From Thermovirgaceae bacterium (GTDB lineage: Bacteria; Synergistota; Synergistia; Synergistales; Thermovirgaceae): DNA of 64,000 nucleotides. Positions 21,094 to 29,975 of the stretch are shown piece by piece. The stretch covers positions 96,001-160,000 of the forward strand of contig JAXGNU010000002.1 in assembly GCA_040767805.1 (NCBI GenBank). The letters run 5' to 3'. Under the pieces are notes generated by a model. It was not told the DNA's origin and made no database searches. It was given only the letters and a program-made list of their open reading frames with translations. Positions within the stretch are counted from its first letter, which is position 1, and each line of letters begins with the position of its first letter. The translations under genes and the position numbers were made by a program.

Positions 21094-22179
21094 TCACTCG
21101 GCGGGGCCGAAAAGCTCGGCGAAGATCTCCTTGACGGTCTCGATCCGCGTGATCTTCGCCACGTTGGAGCCGCAGAAGAAAAGACCCTCCTCCCAGTTGC
21201 CCCGGAAGGCGTCCACCAGGGCCTGGGCTATGCAGAAGGCCTGCCTCTCGGTACGGTAGGAGCAGTGGGAAAGGCAGTTGGCAAAACAGGGCTTGCTCTC
21301 CACGGTCCCCTCCAGGTATTTTTCGATGAAGGGGGAGCGAAGCACCCTTCCCGGGATGCCCACGGGACTCTTTATGATCACCACGTCCTCCTCGCCGGCG
21401 TCGATCAGGGCCTGTTTGAACCTGATGTCGGCGTCCCCCTCCGCGGTGGCCGCGAAACGGGTGCCCATCTGCACTCCCCTCGCCCCCATCGCGAAGACCT
21501 CGTCCATATCGACGCGATCCCAGATCCCGCCCGCGCCGATCACGGGGATATCCTCCCCGACTTCTTCATCGAGGTAGCGGACCAGTCCAGGGATGACCGA
21601 CCCCAGGGAGTAGGCCTCGTCGAAGACCTGCTCCATCTTGGTGACGCCGAGGTGCCCCCCGGCGTAAAGGGGAGTCTCCACCACCATGGCATCGGGAAGA
21701 CGCCCGTACAGCTTCTCCCAACGCCGGATTATCAGGCTGGCCGCCTTCACGGAGCTAACGATGGGAACAAGGGCCACGTCGGGAAAACCCGTGGTCAGCT
21801 CGGGCAGTTTCAGGGGAAGACCCGCGCCGGAGATGATCATGTCAACACCGCCCTCGCAGGCGGACCTCACGTGGAGGTCGTAGTCGGTGAGGGCGACCAT
21901 GGCGTTTACCGCGATGATGCCCCCCTTGGAACTCTTCTTGGCCTCCGCCACATCCTGCCTGAGGACCACCTGGTTGGCCTCGAAATAGTTTCTGCCATTG
22001 TAGATCTCGGAGGCAACCGCCAGGCCGACGCTGGCAATGGTGCCGATGCCGCCCGCCCGGGCGACCGCCCCGGCCAGGCTGGGGCCGGAAATGCGCACGC
22101 CCATGCCGCCCTGGATGAGCGGGTACCGGGGGGTATGCTTCCCGATCTTCAGAACCGGTAAGGGGTTCGCCAATCTCAA
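21094..22179 (-). CDS. Nitronate monooxygenase/FabK-family flavoprotein with C-terminal Cys cluster (FabX-like)
   Basis: PLIQGGMG, SGAGLP, AGGHLG, GVQMGTRF, CFANCLSHC...FCI. Confidence 0.88.
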   Translation of the reverse strand: MRLANPLPVLKIGKHTPRYPLIQGGMGVRISGPSLAGAVARAGGIGTIASVGLAVASEIYNGRNYFEANQVVLRQDVAEAKKSSKGGIIAVNAMVALTDYDLHVRSACEGGVDMIISGAGLPLKLPELTTGFPDVALVPIVSSVKAASLIIRRWEKLYGRLPDAMVVETPLYAGGHLGVTKMEQVFDEAYSLGSVIPGLVRYLDEEVGEDIPVIGAGGIWDRVDMDEVFAMGARGVQMGTRFAATAEGDADIRFKQALIDAGEEDVVIIKSPVGIPGRVLRSPFIEKYLEGTVESKPCFANCLSHCSYRTERQAFCIAQALVDAFRGNWEEGLFFCGSNVAKITRIETVKEIFAELFGPAE

Positions 22180-22225
22180 CGCTCCTTAGAAAGATTTGAG
22201 TTCATTACAGGGTAACCGGCTCATT

Positions 22226-22882
22226 CTATAGCATAGGCCTTGGAAAGGGTACTGCCGGGGGGCGGGCCCCGTATCTCTTCCGGTATTTTTCGAGTTCCTT
22301 CTTCATATCCTGTGCGCAGAGCCGCACCTTGGAAACGTACTTCCTCCCGGCACGGCCCAGGTACCGGGAAAGGGCTTTTTCCACATCGCCTCCGCAGGAC
22401 TTGAGGTACCAGGAAAAAATGTAGGTTCCGGCGAGGACGTTGTATCTCGGTTCTAACAGGTCATCGGCCGTGTTTATCTCACGGAAAGCCTTGGTCAGCC
22501 CCTTGCGGTGGGCCTTCCAGTTTATCTGCATCAAGCCGAGGGCGTAGCGGGAGCGGGCGTTCTGCCGGACTGTGGATTCCTTGATGATTATCGAAGCTAT
22601 CAAGAAGGGGTCCACGCCGAATTCTCCGGCCGCTTCAAGTACATGGTGGGCGTACTTCGACGCCGTCGGCCTGTCAAGGCTCTTGTTGGCCCGGGTAAAG
22701 GCCGAAACGATGACCTCGGCCTCGAGGTCCCTCGACGGGTTCTCTTCGGGCCAGGTGATCGGCACGGGCACCTCGAACCTGTCATACCTCTCCCCCTCCG
22801 CTGAAGCCGGACCAACCGCCGGCAAGAAAAAAGCCAAGATCAAGGTAAAAGGTAACAGGGAGAGAACCGGTCGGACGCGCAT
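22226..22882 (-). CDS. Lytic transglycosylase (SLT domain), exported
   Basis: Signal peptide, IIIKES (catalytic Glu), ALGLMQIN. Confidence 0.88.
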   Translation of the reverse strand: MRVRPVLSLLPFTLILAFFLPAVGPASAEGERYDRFEVPVPITWPEENPSRDLEAEVIVSAFTRANKSLDRPTASKYAHHVLEAAGEFGVDPFLIASIIIKESTVRQNARSRYALGLMQINWKAHRKGLTKAFREINTADDLLEPRYNVLAGTYIFSWYLKSCGGDVEKALSRYLGRAGRKYVSKVRLCAQDMKKELEKYRKRYGARPPAVPFPRPML

Positions 22883-23025
22883 CCCTGCCTATCCACCGCC
22901 TTTCCTTTGCCCGCGAGATCGTTGGGTGATCCCAGAGGAAGCGACGGGAAGAAGATATATCAAGCGGGCGGGAATCGCAAGCTTCCACTGACACCCCCCG
23001 AGAATAACGACCGGCGGGAACAAGA

Positions 23026-23052
23026 ACGGCCGCCACTTCGCAGGGCGGCCGT
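23026..23052 (-). terminator. Hairpin terminator downstream of tRNA-Leu
   Basis: ACGGCCGCC-9nt-GGCGGCCGT; followed by TCTTGTT on the minus strand. Confidence 0.6.
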
Positions 23053-23063
23053 CTATTTCAAAA

Positions 23064-23150
23064 TGGTGCGGAGGGGGAGACTTGAACTCCCACAGCCCGT
23101 AAGCCACTAGGCCCTCAACCTAGCGCGTCTACCTGTTCCGCCACCCCCGC
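23064..23150 (-). tRNA. tRNA-Leu (anticodon GAG)
   Basis: GCGGGGGTGGCGGAACAGGTAGACGCGCTAGGTTGAGGGCCTAGTGGCTTACGGGCTGTGGGAGTTCAAGTCTCCCCCTCCGCACCA: anticodon arm CTAGG-TTGAGGG-CCTAG, long variable arm, GTTCAA T-loop, encoded CCA. Confidence 0.97.
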
Positions 23151-23169
23151 GTCTTCAAGTTGCGAAAGC

Positions 23170-23198
23170 ATTATATTCAAGACAAAGAGACGCGTCAA
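23170..23198 (-). promoter_or_regulatory. Sigma70 promoter of tRNA-Leu
   Basis: TTGACG-17-TATAAT on the minus strand. Confidence 0.85.
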
Positions 23199-23220
23199 GG
23201 AGAACCGCATAAGGGCGGTT

Positions 23221-24147
23221 TTATAGCCCCAGCAACCAAACCCAGATGGGAAGAGAGAACACCGAGAGGGCGGTGCTGAGGGTTACTATTTTTCCGGCGT
23301 GATCATGGTCCATACCCATATTGTGGGCTAGGACGAAGCTGTTGACGGCGGCCGGCATGGCCGAAACCAGGACGACGGCGTTGCGGAGCAGCGGGTCGAT
23401 GGACCAGGCCAGGAGGACGCAAAGGATGAGCGCCGGGCTGATGAATAGTTTGAATAAACAGTCCCTCCAGGTCGATATCACGGCCTCGCCGAGGTTCTCA
23501 AAACGGATGGAGGCCCCAAGCGCGATAAGTGCTATGCCGCTCCCCGTATCGCCGACCATCTTGACGGCGGCATCGAGCCAGTAGGGCAACTTGTCGAAGC
23601 CCATCAAGGCGCCGGCCACGCCCATCAAGCATGCCAGGATAAGCGGATTTTTCAGCAGTTGCTTTAGCGTATCGAAAATGGACCTGGCGTTCGTTCTCCC
23701 CGACAGGACCACCTGGGCCCATGTGACCGAGAAGAAATGATAACCCAGCAGGCCGACGGCGAGGTACAGGGAAACGGCTTCCACTCCCGGTTGGCCCATC
23801 GCTATCATTACGGCCGGGACACCCATGAAGACATTATTCGACCGGATCGAGGTCAATACCGATACGGCGAGCCTCTTCCTGTCGACGGTGAACAGCCTCC
23901 CCAGCGCCAGGGCCACCGCCGGGACGAGGAGGAACGATAGGTGGAGAGCCCAGAAGAGGCTGGAATTGGAGAGAATCTCGCGCCCCACTCCCAGGATGGA
24001 CCTGAAGAGAAGGGCAGGAAGGACGGCCCAGTACAGTATCGAATTGAGGCGGCGGACGGTTCTCTCGTCGAGGAGACCGATGCGGCGAAAAAGGACCCCT
24101 AGCCCCATAACCATCGCTACTGGTAGGACCATCAGGAAAGAAGCCAA
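23221..24147 (-). CDS. AEC family transporter
   Basis: LPALLF, SNNVFMGVP, ALIALG, AMPAAVN; ~10 TM. Confidence 0.9.
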   Translation of the reverse strand: MASFLMVLPVAMVMGLGVLFRRIGLLDERTVRRLNSILYWAVLPALLFRSILGVGREILSNSSLFWALHLSFLLVPAVALALGRLFTVDRKRLAVSVLTSIRSNNVFMGVPAVMIAMGQPGVEAVSLYLAVGLLGYHFFSVTWAQVVLSGRTNARSIFDTLKQLLKNPLILACLMGVAGALMGFDKLPYWLDAAVKMVGDTGSGIALIALGASIRFENLGEAVISTWRDCLFKLFISPALILCVLLAWSIDPLLRNAVVLVSAMPAAVNSFVLAHNMGMDHDHAGKIVTLSTALSVFSLPIWVWLLGL

Positions 24148-24238
24148 AATACCCTCCCGTTACCAGAACTTCCCGGGCACCGAAGAAGACGATGCCCGGG
24201 TCGAATAGGAGCCTTTGGACGGCTGGTCCGTGGGGTCG

Positions 24239-24592
24239 CTAGAAGCGTCGCTCCTTGATCCTCGCGGCTTTACCGCTGAGCTTCCTAAGGTAGTAGAGCT
24301 TGGCCCGTCTGACCTTGCCGTGGCGTACCACTTCGATGTGGTCCACGCTCGGGCAATGGAGCGGGAAGACCCTCTCCACGCCCACACCGCCCGAGATCTT
24401 CCTGACGGTAAAGGTCTCCCGGGTCCCGCCGTGCTTCCTCGCGATGACGACTCCTTCGAAGACCTGTATCCTCTCCCTGCTTCCCTCGGTGACCTTGACG
24501 TGGACCTTTACCGTGTCGCCGGCGCGGAAATCGGGGGTTTCCTTTCTCAGGAACCTGCTCTCTATCAAGGCTATCCTTGGATCCATTGCCAT
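24239..24592 (-). CDS. rplS: 50S ribosomal protein L19
   Basis: [34 protein letters not shown]. Confidence 0.98.
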   Translation of the reverse strand: MAMDPRIALIESRFLRKETPDFRAGDTVKVHVKVTEGSRERIQVFEGVVIARKHGGTRETFTVRKISGGVGVERVFPLHCPSVDHIEVVRHGKVRRAKLYYLRKLSGKAARIKERRF

Positions 24593-24622
24593 TACCTCCC
24601 TGTTGAATACTGCCGTGAAATG

Positions 24623-25786
24623 CTAACGCCGGCCGAAAAACCTGTCCAGTAACACGACCAGCCTATCCTGCCGTCTCAAAAGGCTTTTATCGTCCTTGCC
24701 CCCCCTGGGTGGGGCGAGGACCACGTCGGCTCTGACCTTCTCGGCGCCCCCGCCGGTCCCGGGGCCGACCAGGAGGACGACGGGCCTTTCCGAGACGAGG
24801 GCGAGCCTCTTGGCTTCGAGCCAGTGGGTCGAGTCCTCCTCCTCGTCGCCGAAAGCGATAACAAAGGGTTCTCCCTTCTCTCGCTTCCTTACCCACTCCA
24901 GGGCGCTTTCGGCCGAGGACACCACCTTGACCTTCAGTCCCGGGTCACCCTGGAGTTGCCCGCGGTCTTCCGCCACCGGAATGACCAGGAGGGCCTTCTC
25001 ACACCCGAAGGACCCGCAAAGATCGCCGAGGGCTTCCGCTTCTTTCCGAGACACTTCCCCCGTTGCGGGGACAAGTATGACATAAACGCCCCTGTCAAGG
25101 TAGGGCCCAATATTAGCCCTCGCGATGAGGTCAGGTCTCCTGGCCAGGGTCCTGGTGACCGACTGCCGGCGGCGCCAGGAACGGGTCTTCCCGTGATCCC
25201 CATCGGTGAGGACTTCCGGGGCGGGGACCCCTCTCCACGTGGCGGGTCTCGTATAATGGGGCGTGTCCAGCATCCCCCTGAAAAAGGAGTCCTCCTCCAC
25301 GGCTTCTTCCTGGCCTACCACGCCCGGGATGAGCCTGGCCACGGCGTCGATGATCACCATGGCGGGCAACTCCCCGCCGGTCAGGACATAGTCCCCTATC
25401 GATACCTCCAGGTCCACGAAATGCTCGAGGAACCTTTCATCGACACCCTCGTAGCGGCCGCAGACGATCACGAGATGCCCCTTCGTCGCCAGGGTCTCCG
25501 CCAGGGGCTGCCCGAAGACGACACCCTGGGGCCCTGGGTGGATGACGAAGAGCTCCTCCCGGGGCCCGGCCGATCCCACGGCCCTGGCCAGCGGTTCCGC
25601 CATCAGGACCATGCCCCCGCCGCCGAAGGCGTAGTCGTCGATCTGGCCGTAGTGACCGTCGGCATGGTCGCGGGGGTTTACGCAACGGATGCTGATAAGA
25701 CCCTTTTCGACGGCCTTCCCTATGACGCCAGAGGAGGAAAAGGGCTCCAGCAGTTCGGGGAAGGGAGTGACCACCGTCACGATCAT
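24623..25786 (-). CDS. trmD: tRNA (guanine37-N1)-methyltransferase TrmD with a C-terminal Tm1570-like SPOUT domain
   Basis: DDYAFGGGGMVLM, CGRYEGVDER, SIGDYVLTGGELPA, PHYTRP, plus a ~155-aa C-terminal extension. Confidence 0.95.
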   Translation of the reverse strand: MIVTVVTPFPELLEPFSSSGVIGKAVEKGLISIRCVNPRDHADGHYGQIDDYAFGGGGMVLMAEPLARAVGSAGPREELFVIHPGPQGVVFGQPLAETLATKGHLVIVCGRYEGVDERFLEHFVDLEVSIGDYVLTGGELPAMVIIDAVARLIPGVVGQEEAVEEDSFFRGMLDTPHYTRPATWRGVPAPEVLTDGDHGKTRSWRRRQSVTRTLARRPDLIARANIGPYLDRGVYVILVPATGEVSRKEAEALGDLCGSFGCEKALLVIPVAEDRGQLQGDPGLKVKVVSSAESALEWVRKREKGEPFVIAFGDEEEDSTHWLEAKRLALVSERPVVLLVGPGTGGGAEKVRADVVLAPPRGGKDDKSLLRRQDRLVVLLDRFFGRR

Positions 25787-26325
25787 CAGTCCCAGAGCCC
25801 CTCCAGCGGCCTGACTTCCATGATCCCCTCTTCCGGCAGGATCCTGAGCACCACTTCGCGCACGGCCGGCATCATCCTGACCTCACCCTGGGGCGTCCTT
25901 ACCGAATAGACATCATGGGCTCCCGTTTGGAGCACCGCCTCCACCTTCCCTATCTCCTCGCCGGTGTCGGCCGAGACAACCCTGAGGCCCACCACGTCAT
26001 CGACCCAGTAACTCCCCTCCGGCAAGGGCACCCTTTCGGACGCTTTGATCATCACGACCCCGCCCTTGAGGGCCTCGGCCCCGTCACGGTCGCCGATCTC
26101 CCCCGTTTCCACGAGGAACAGCCCCTTCGTCTCGTGGAACCTCAGGGACTTTACCGTGAGCGAGGCTATGAGCCGCCCCGCCGGGCGGAAGACCTCCAGC
26201 CGCGCCATGCCGAGGAACCGCTCCGGGAAGTCCGTGAGCGGGAGGACCTTGATCTCGCCCCTCACCCCGTGGGCCCCGAGGACCCGTCCTATGGTCACCA
26301 TCGCCGGTCCTTGCAAGGCTGACAC
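25786..26325 (-). CDS. rimM: Ribosome maturation factor RimM
   Basis: IGRVLGAHGVRGE, YWVDDVVG, TGAHDVY. Start is GTG 26325 or ATG 26301. Confidence 0.95.
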   Translation of the reverse strand: MSALQGPAMVTIGRVLGAHGVRGEIKVLPLTDFPERFLGMARLEVFRPAGRLIASLTVKSLRFHETKGLFLVETGEIGDRDGAEALKGGVVMIKASERVPLPEGSYWVDDVVGLRVVSADTGEEIGKVEAVLQTGAHDVYSVRTPQGEVRMMPAVREVVLRILPEEGIMEVRPLEGLWD

Positions 26326-26326
26326 C

Positions 26327-26572
26327 TCAGTCTTCCAGGATATCCACTTCCACCTTTTCGCCGGGCTTGACGGCGGCAGCCCGGGCGACCACCCTGATCG
26401 CGTTGATTGTAACGCCGTGCCTGCCGATGATCCGCCCCATGTCATCGGTCGAGACCCTTATCATTACCCTTACCACTCCGGCGCTGCTCTTTTGTGACGT
26501 AACCGTCACGCCGTCAGGATCGGAAACGATATTCCTGACGATGAAGCTCACGAGTTCTTCGTAATCCGGCAT
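26327..26572 (-). CDS. khpA: KH-domain RNA-binding protein KhpA
   Basis: DMGRIIGRHGVTINAIR; lies between rpsP and rimM. Confidence 0.92.
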   Translation of the reverse strand: MPDYEELVSFIVRNIVSDPDGVTVTSQKSSAGVVRVMIRVSTDDMGRIIGRHGVTINAIRVVARAAAVKPGEKVEVDILED

Positions 26573-26584
26573 GGGCAGGTCCCG

Positions 26585-26854
26585 CTACTGTTTCTTCCCC
26601 GACGAGAACTTGTCCCAGACCCCTGTCTTTTTCAGGATCGCCCGGGCCGTGTCCGACGGGAGCGCGCCCACACCCAACCAGTAAAGGGCCCTCTCCTCCT
26701 GGACCTTCATCGCCGCCGGCTCCGTCATGGGGTCATAGGAGCCGATCTGTTCGATGAACGCGCCGTCCCGCGGCGCCCTCGAATCGGCGACGACGAGGCG
26801 GTAAAAGGGCCTCTTCTTTCGGCCGAACCTTGCAAGGCGGATTCTGACTGCCAT
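26585..26854 (-). CDS. rpsP: 30S ribosomal protein S16
   Basis: [26 protein letters not shown]. Confidence 0.98.
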   Translation of the reverse strand: MAVRIRLARFGRKKRPFYRLVVADSRAPRDGAFIEQIGSYDPMTEPAAMKVQEERALYWLGVGALPSDTARAILKKTGVWDKFSSGKKQ

Positions 26855-26941
26855 CTCTCTCGCACCTCCTGGTCTTCTCCCGTCCCCGCGTCAGGTCCCG
26901 GGAGTGATTTCACCTGTATCTCAACGAAAAGCCTGTTAACT

Positions 26942-28279
26942 TCACATGGGGATGGGGGGAAATCCCTTCGGGAACCTCGTCCCCTTCCCCTGGGTGAAAC
27001 GCTTCATCATCAGGTTCATCTGCTCGTACTGCTTGAGGACCTGGTTGACCGTCTGCACGGAACACCCCGATCCCTGGGCGATCCTCCTCCGCCGGCTCCC
27101 CTTGATGATATGGGGGTTCTGCCTCTCCTCCCTCGTCATAGAGAGGATGACGGCCTCCACGTGGGCGAGTCTCCGAGGGTCCAGCTGTGCGTTTTCCAGC
27201 CCCTTTATCTTCCCCGCCCCGGGGATCATCTCCAGGACCTTGTCGAGGGGGCCCATCTTCCGGACCTGCCTGACCTGGAGGAGCATGTCCTCGAGGGTCA
27301 TCTTCTTTTTCTTGACCGAGGCGGCGATCTTTTCGATCTCCCTGTCGTCGACGGCCTCCTGTATCCTTTCCACGAGGCCCTGGACATCCCCCATGCCGAG
27401 GATGCGCTGGGCCATCCTCTGGGGGTCGAACTGCTCGAGGTCCTGGATCCTCTCCCCGACCCCAGCCAGTTTGACGGGTATCCCCGTCGCGGCCCCTATG
27501 CTCAGTGCGGCTCCGCCCCTGGAATCACCGTCGAGTTTCGTCAGGACGATCCCGCTCAGGGGGACCCGCTCGTTGAAGGCTATCGCCACGTTGACGGCCT
27601 CCTGCCCGGTCATGGCGTCCACCACGAGAAGGGTCTCCGTGGGTGAGAGGGCTTCCCCGAGGGAGGCCAGCTCACCCATCAGTTGCTCATCAATATCAAG
27701 CCGGCCGGCGGTGTCGAAAAGGAGGACGTCATAGAGCCTCTGGGCTGCGTATTCCATCGCTTTTCCGGCGAGCCGGATCACGTCGCCCTCGCCTTCGGAA
27801 GGCCCGAAGAACCCCACCCCGGCCTGGTCGGCCAGTATCCTGAGCTGTTCCACCGCGGCGGGCCTCCTCAGGTCACAGGCAACGACCAGGGGCTTGTGGC
27901 GGTCGGAGACCTTTTTGGCTATCTTGACGCAGGTCGTTGTCTTGCCCGATCCCTGGAGTCCGACGAGGATGTACCTGGTCGGGGGCTTCGGGGAAAAGGA
28001 GAGCGACCGCCGGCCCAACCCCATCAACGCCGCCATTTCCTCGTAGACGATAGCGATCACCTGCTGGGCGGGGGTTATCGACTCGAGGACGTCCCTCCCG
28101 ACAGCCCGTTCGCGCATCCTCTCGACCAGGTCCTTGACGACCCGGAAGTTGACATCCCCTTCCAGGAGGGCTCTTCTTACGTCCCTCATGGCGGCCGATA
28201 TGTCCTCTTCCGTCAGTTTCCCCTTGCCCCTCAGGCCTTTGAATACCGATTCAAGGCGCTCCCTGAGCGAATCGAACAT
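26942..28279 (-). CDS. ffh: Signal recognition particle protein Ffh
   Basis: MFDSL start (ATG 28279), GLQGSGKTT, DTAGR, TKLDGD, SRRRRIAQGSG. Confidence 0.97.
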   Translation of the reverse strand: MFDSLRERLESVFKGLRGKGKLTEEDISAAMRDVRRALLEGDVNFRVVKDLVERMRERAVGRDVLESITPAQQVIAIVYEEMAALMGLGRRSLSFSPKPPTRYILVGLQGSGKTTTCVKIAKKVSDRHKPLVVACDLRRPAAVEQLRILADQAGVGFFGPSEGEGDVIRLAGKAMEYAAQRLYDVLLFDTAGRLDIDEQLMGELASLGEALSPTETLLVVDAMTGQEAVNVAIAFNERVPLSGIVLTKLDGDSRGGAALSIGAATGIPVKLAGVGERIQDLEQFDPQRMAQRILGMGDVQGLVERIQEAVDDREIEKIAASVKKKKMTLEDMLLQVRQVRKMGPLDKVLEMIPGAGKIKGLENAQLDPRRLAHVEAVILSMTREERQNPHIIKGSRRRRIAQGSGCSVQTVNQVLKQYEQMNLMMKRFTQGKGTRFPKGFPPIPM

Positions 28280-28287
28280 GGGCGGGG

Positions 28288-28644
28288 TCAGACCTCCCCT
28301 TCTTCCGTGGCGAGGAGGGCCGCCAATTCCGCCGCGGCCTCGGCGGGGATCCGGGACAGGTGACGCCGGCGCCACTCACGGAGTTTTTCCATGCGGCTTT
28401 CCCAGGCGGCCTCCCTTGCCGAGAAACCGAGCAGGCCCTCCAGCTCCAGGAGGCGGCCCCTCGCCCTCTGCACCAGGTCATGGGCACCCTGGCGGGTGAC
28501 CGCGAGCCTTTCGGCGACCTCCGAGAGCGACCAGTCCTCCATGACATGAAGCCGGAAGGCCTCTTTTTGCTTTTCCGTCAGGGCCGGTTCGTAAATATCG
28601 AAAAGGCGTGAAAACGTCACCCTCTGCTCGATAAGGTCGTCCAA
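28288..28644 (-). CDS. ylxM: YlxM/p13-like HTH protein
   Basis: LFDIYEPALTEKQ, WSLSEVAE..VTRQGAHD; upstream of ffh. Confidence 0.92.
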   Translation of the reverse strand: MDDLIEQRVTFSRLFDIYEPALTEKQKEAFRLHVMEDWSLSEVAERLAVTRQGAHDLVQRARGRLLELEGLLGFSAREAAWESRMEKLREWRRRHLSRIPAEAAAELAALLATEEGEV

Positions 28645-28674
28645 CGGGGCACCTCCAAGCGCACACGGACAATT

Positions 28675-28720
28675 ATTATAAGGAGTCTCCCCTGGCCTGT
28701 CAAGCGTCGCCCCTTGACAG
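28675..28720 (-). promoter_or_regulatory. Consensus sigma70 promoter of the ylxM-ffh operon, overlapped by an inverted repeat
   Basis: TTGACA (28698-28703)-17-TATAAT (28675-28680); CTGTCAAG-N8-CTTGACAG at 28697-28720. Confidence 0.85.
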
Positions 28721-28754
28721 CTTTCAACCTCGAGTTCCCCTAAAAAAGAGAATG

Positions 28755-28779
28755 AAAAAGCCGGGGTTCGATCCCCGGC
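28755..28779 (-). terminator. Intrinsic terminator after the ferritin-like gene
   Basis: AAAAA-GCCGGGG-TTCGAT-CCCCGGC. Confidence 0.75.
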
Positions 28780-28831
28780 ATGAAAGTCCTAACCCTGTTC
28801 CTAAAAGAACTGGCCTTCGGCGAAGGGCCGC

Positions 28832-29116
28832 TTATTTATGCTCGTGTCCGTGCCCGTGGGGATGATCGCCGAAGGCCTTATCCTCAACGCGCTGAAGAAG
28901 GCCCCACAACTCCGCCAGGTCCTTCCTCCTGGACCTTATCAGGTGTCCCAGGACGTGGCGGACCTCTTCGTCCTCGATCATATGATGCCGTGCCGCGAGT
29001 TCCGTCAAGGCGTCGAGCTCCTGAGAGAGCGTCTCCCTCAGGAGTTCCGCTATCGACAGGGGGTCATCGGTGTGGCCGTGCCCCCCGCCCTGGTCCGGTG
29101 TAATCACTCTGCACAT
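28832..29116 (-). CDS. His-rich small ferritin-like (EncFtn/rubrerythrin half-fold) protein
   Basis: TLSQELDA...R...EDEEVRHVLGH pattern; GHGH and HPHGHGHEH tails; AAAGGAGG RBS (ATG 29122 or 29116). Confidence 0.7.
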   Translation of the reverse strand: MCRVITPDQGGGHGHTDDPLSIAELLRETLSQELDALTELAARHHMIEDEEVRHVLGHLIRSRRKDLAELWGLLQRVEDKAFGDHPHGHGHEHK

Positions 29117-29293
29117 GGTCATACCTCCTTTGTCTTCGGCATAAGAGAATAACACATACCCGTGGTTCTGTCACACGAATGACATTATTTCATTTCCAAA
29201 AAACCCGGCCCTGCCGCCGGTCCTTTCGCCCTTCTGATAAAATGAAGGCCGTCCGTTGAAGGTCCCACGGGATTACTAATCACGAAAGGGGTA

Positions 29294-29962
29294 ATGCTGA
29301 TGAACTCGACCCAGGAGAAAAACCTCGAGGTCAGGAGGGTCTACAACGAACACCTTGGCGCCAGCGTCGTCAAGGCCCTGGAGGCCAACGGGTTCAAGGC
29401 GAGTTACGCGCCGACCGCCGAAGAAGCCGTCGAAAAGGTACTGGCACTGATCCCCGAGGGATCCACCGTGGGGGTCCCCGGGTCATCCACCATCCGGGAG
29501 TTGGGGCTCTTCGAGACGCTCCGGGGGAGGGGATGCAAGATATTCGAACACTGGGACCCCGCGCTGGCGCCGGAAGACAAACCTCAAAGGCTGGAGGACG
29601 AGAACACCAGCGGTATCTACCTCTCCAGTTCCAACGGCGTCACCCTGGACGGGAAACTGGTGAACATCGACGGGACGGGCAACCGTGTGGCGGCCATGGC
29701 CTGGGCAAGGAACCGGATCGTTTTCGTCGTCGGCATCAACAAGATCAGCCGCGATGTCGAAACCGCGATCCAGAGGATCAGGGATGTGGCCACGCCGCTC
29801 AACGCCATCAGCAAGGGTGTCGAACTCCCCTGTGTCAAGACCGGATTCTGCGTCGACTGCAGGGTTCCGAACCGGTACTGCAGGGCCACCCTCGTCCTTG
29901 AGAGGAACCCCATGGGCCGGGAAGCCCACGTCATAATCGTCGGGGCAAACCTGGGGTATTAG
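29294..29962 (+). CDS. LUD domain protein (lactate utilization LutC/YkgG-like)
   Basis: YLSSSNGVTLDGKLVNIDGTGNRVAA, PCVKTGFCVDC. Confidence 0.9.
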   Translation: MLMNSTQEKNLEVRRVYNEHLGASVVKALEANGFKASYAPTAEEAVEKVLALIPEGSTVGVPGSSTIRELGLFETLRGRGCKIFEHWDPALAPEDKPQRLEDENTSGIYLSSSNGVTLDGKLVNIDGTGNRVAAMAWARNRIVFVVGINKISRDVETAIQRIRDVATPLNAISKGVELPCVKTGFCVDCRVPNRYCRATLVLERNPMGREAHVIIVGANLGY

Positions 29963-29975
29963 GATCGGAAAGACA

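Noticed and set aside
22883..23064. Integrated element at the tRNA-Leu 3' end
   Set aside because: No integrase, and no duplicate of the tRNA 3' end was seen in the window.
26855..26941. Ribosomal-protein leader RNA upstream of rpsP
   Set aside because: Only a short GC stem (CTCCCG/CGGGAG); cannot be supported without covariation analysis.
28760..28779. tRNA T-arm-like GGGGTTCGATCCCC (tRNA fragment or att site)
   Set aside because: No D or anticodon arm; better explained as a terminator hairpin with an adjacent A-tract.
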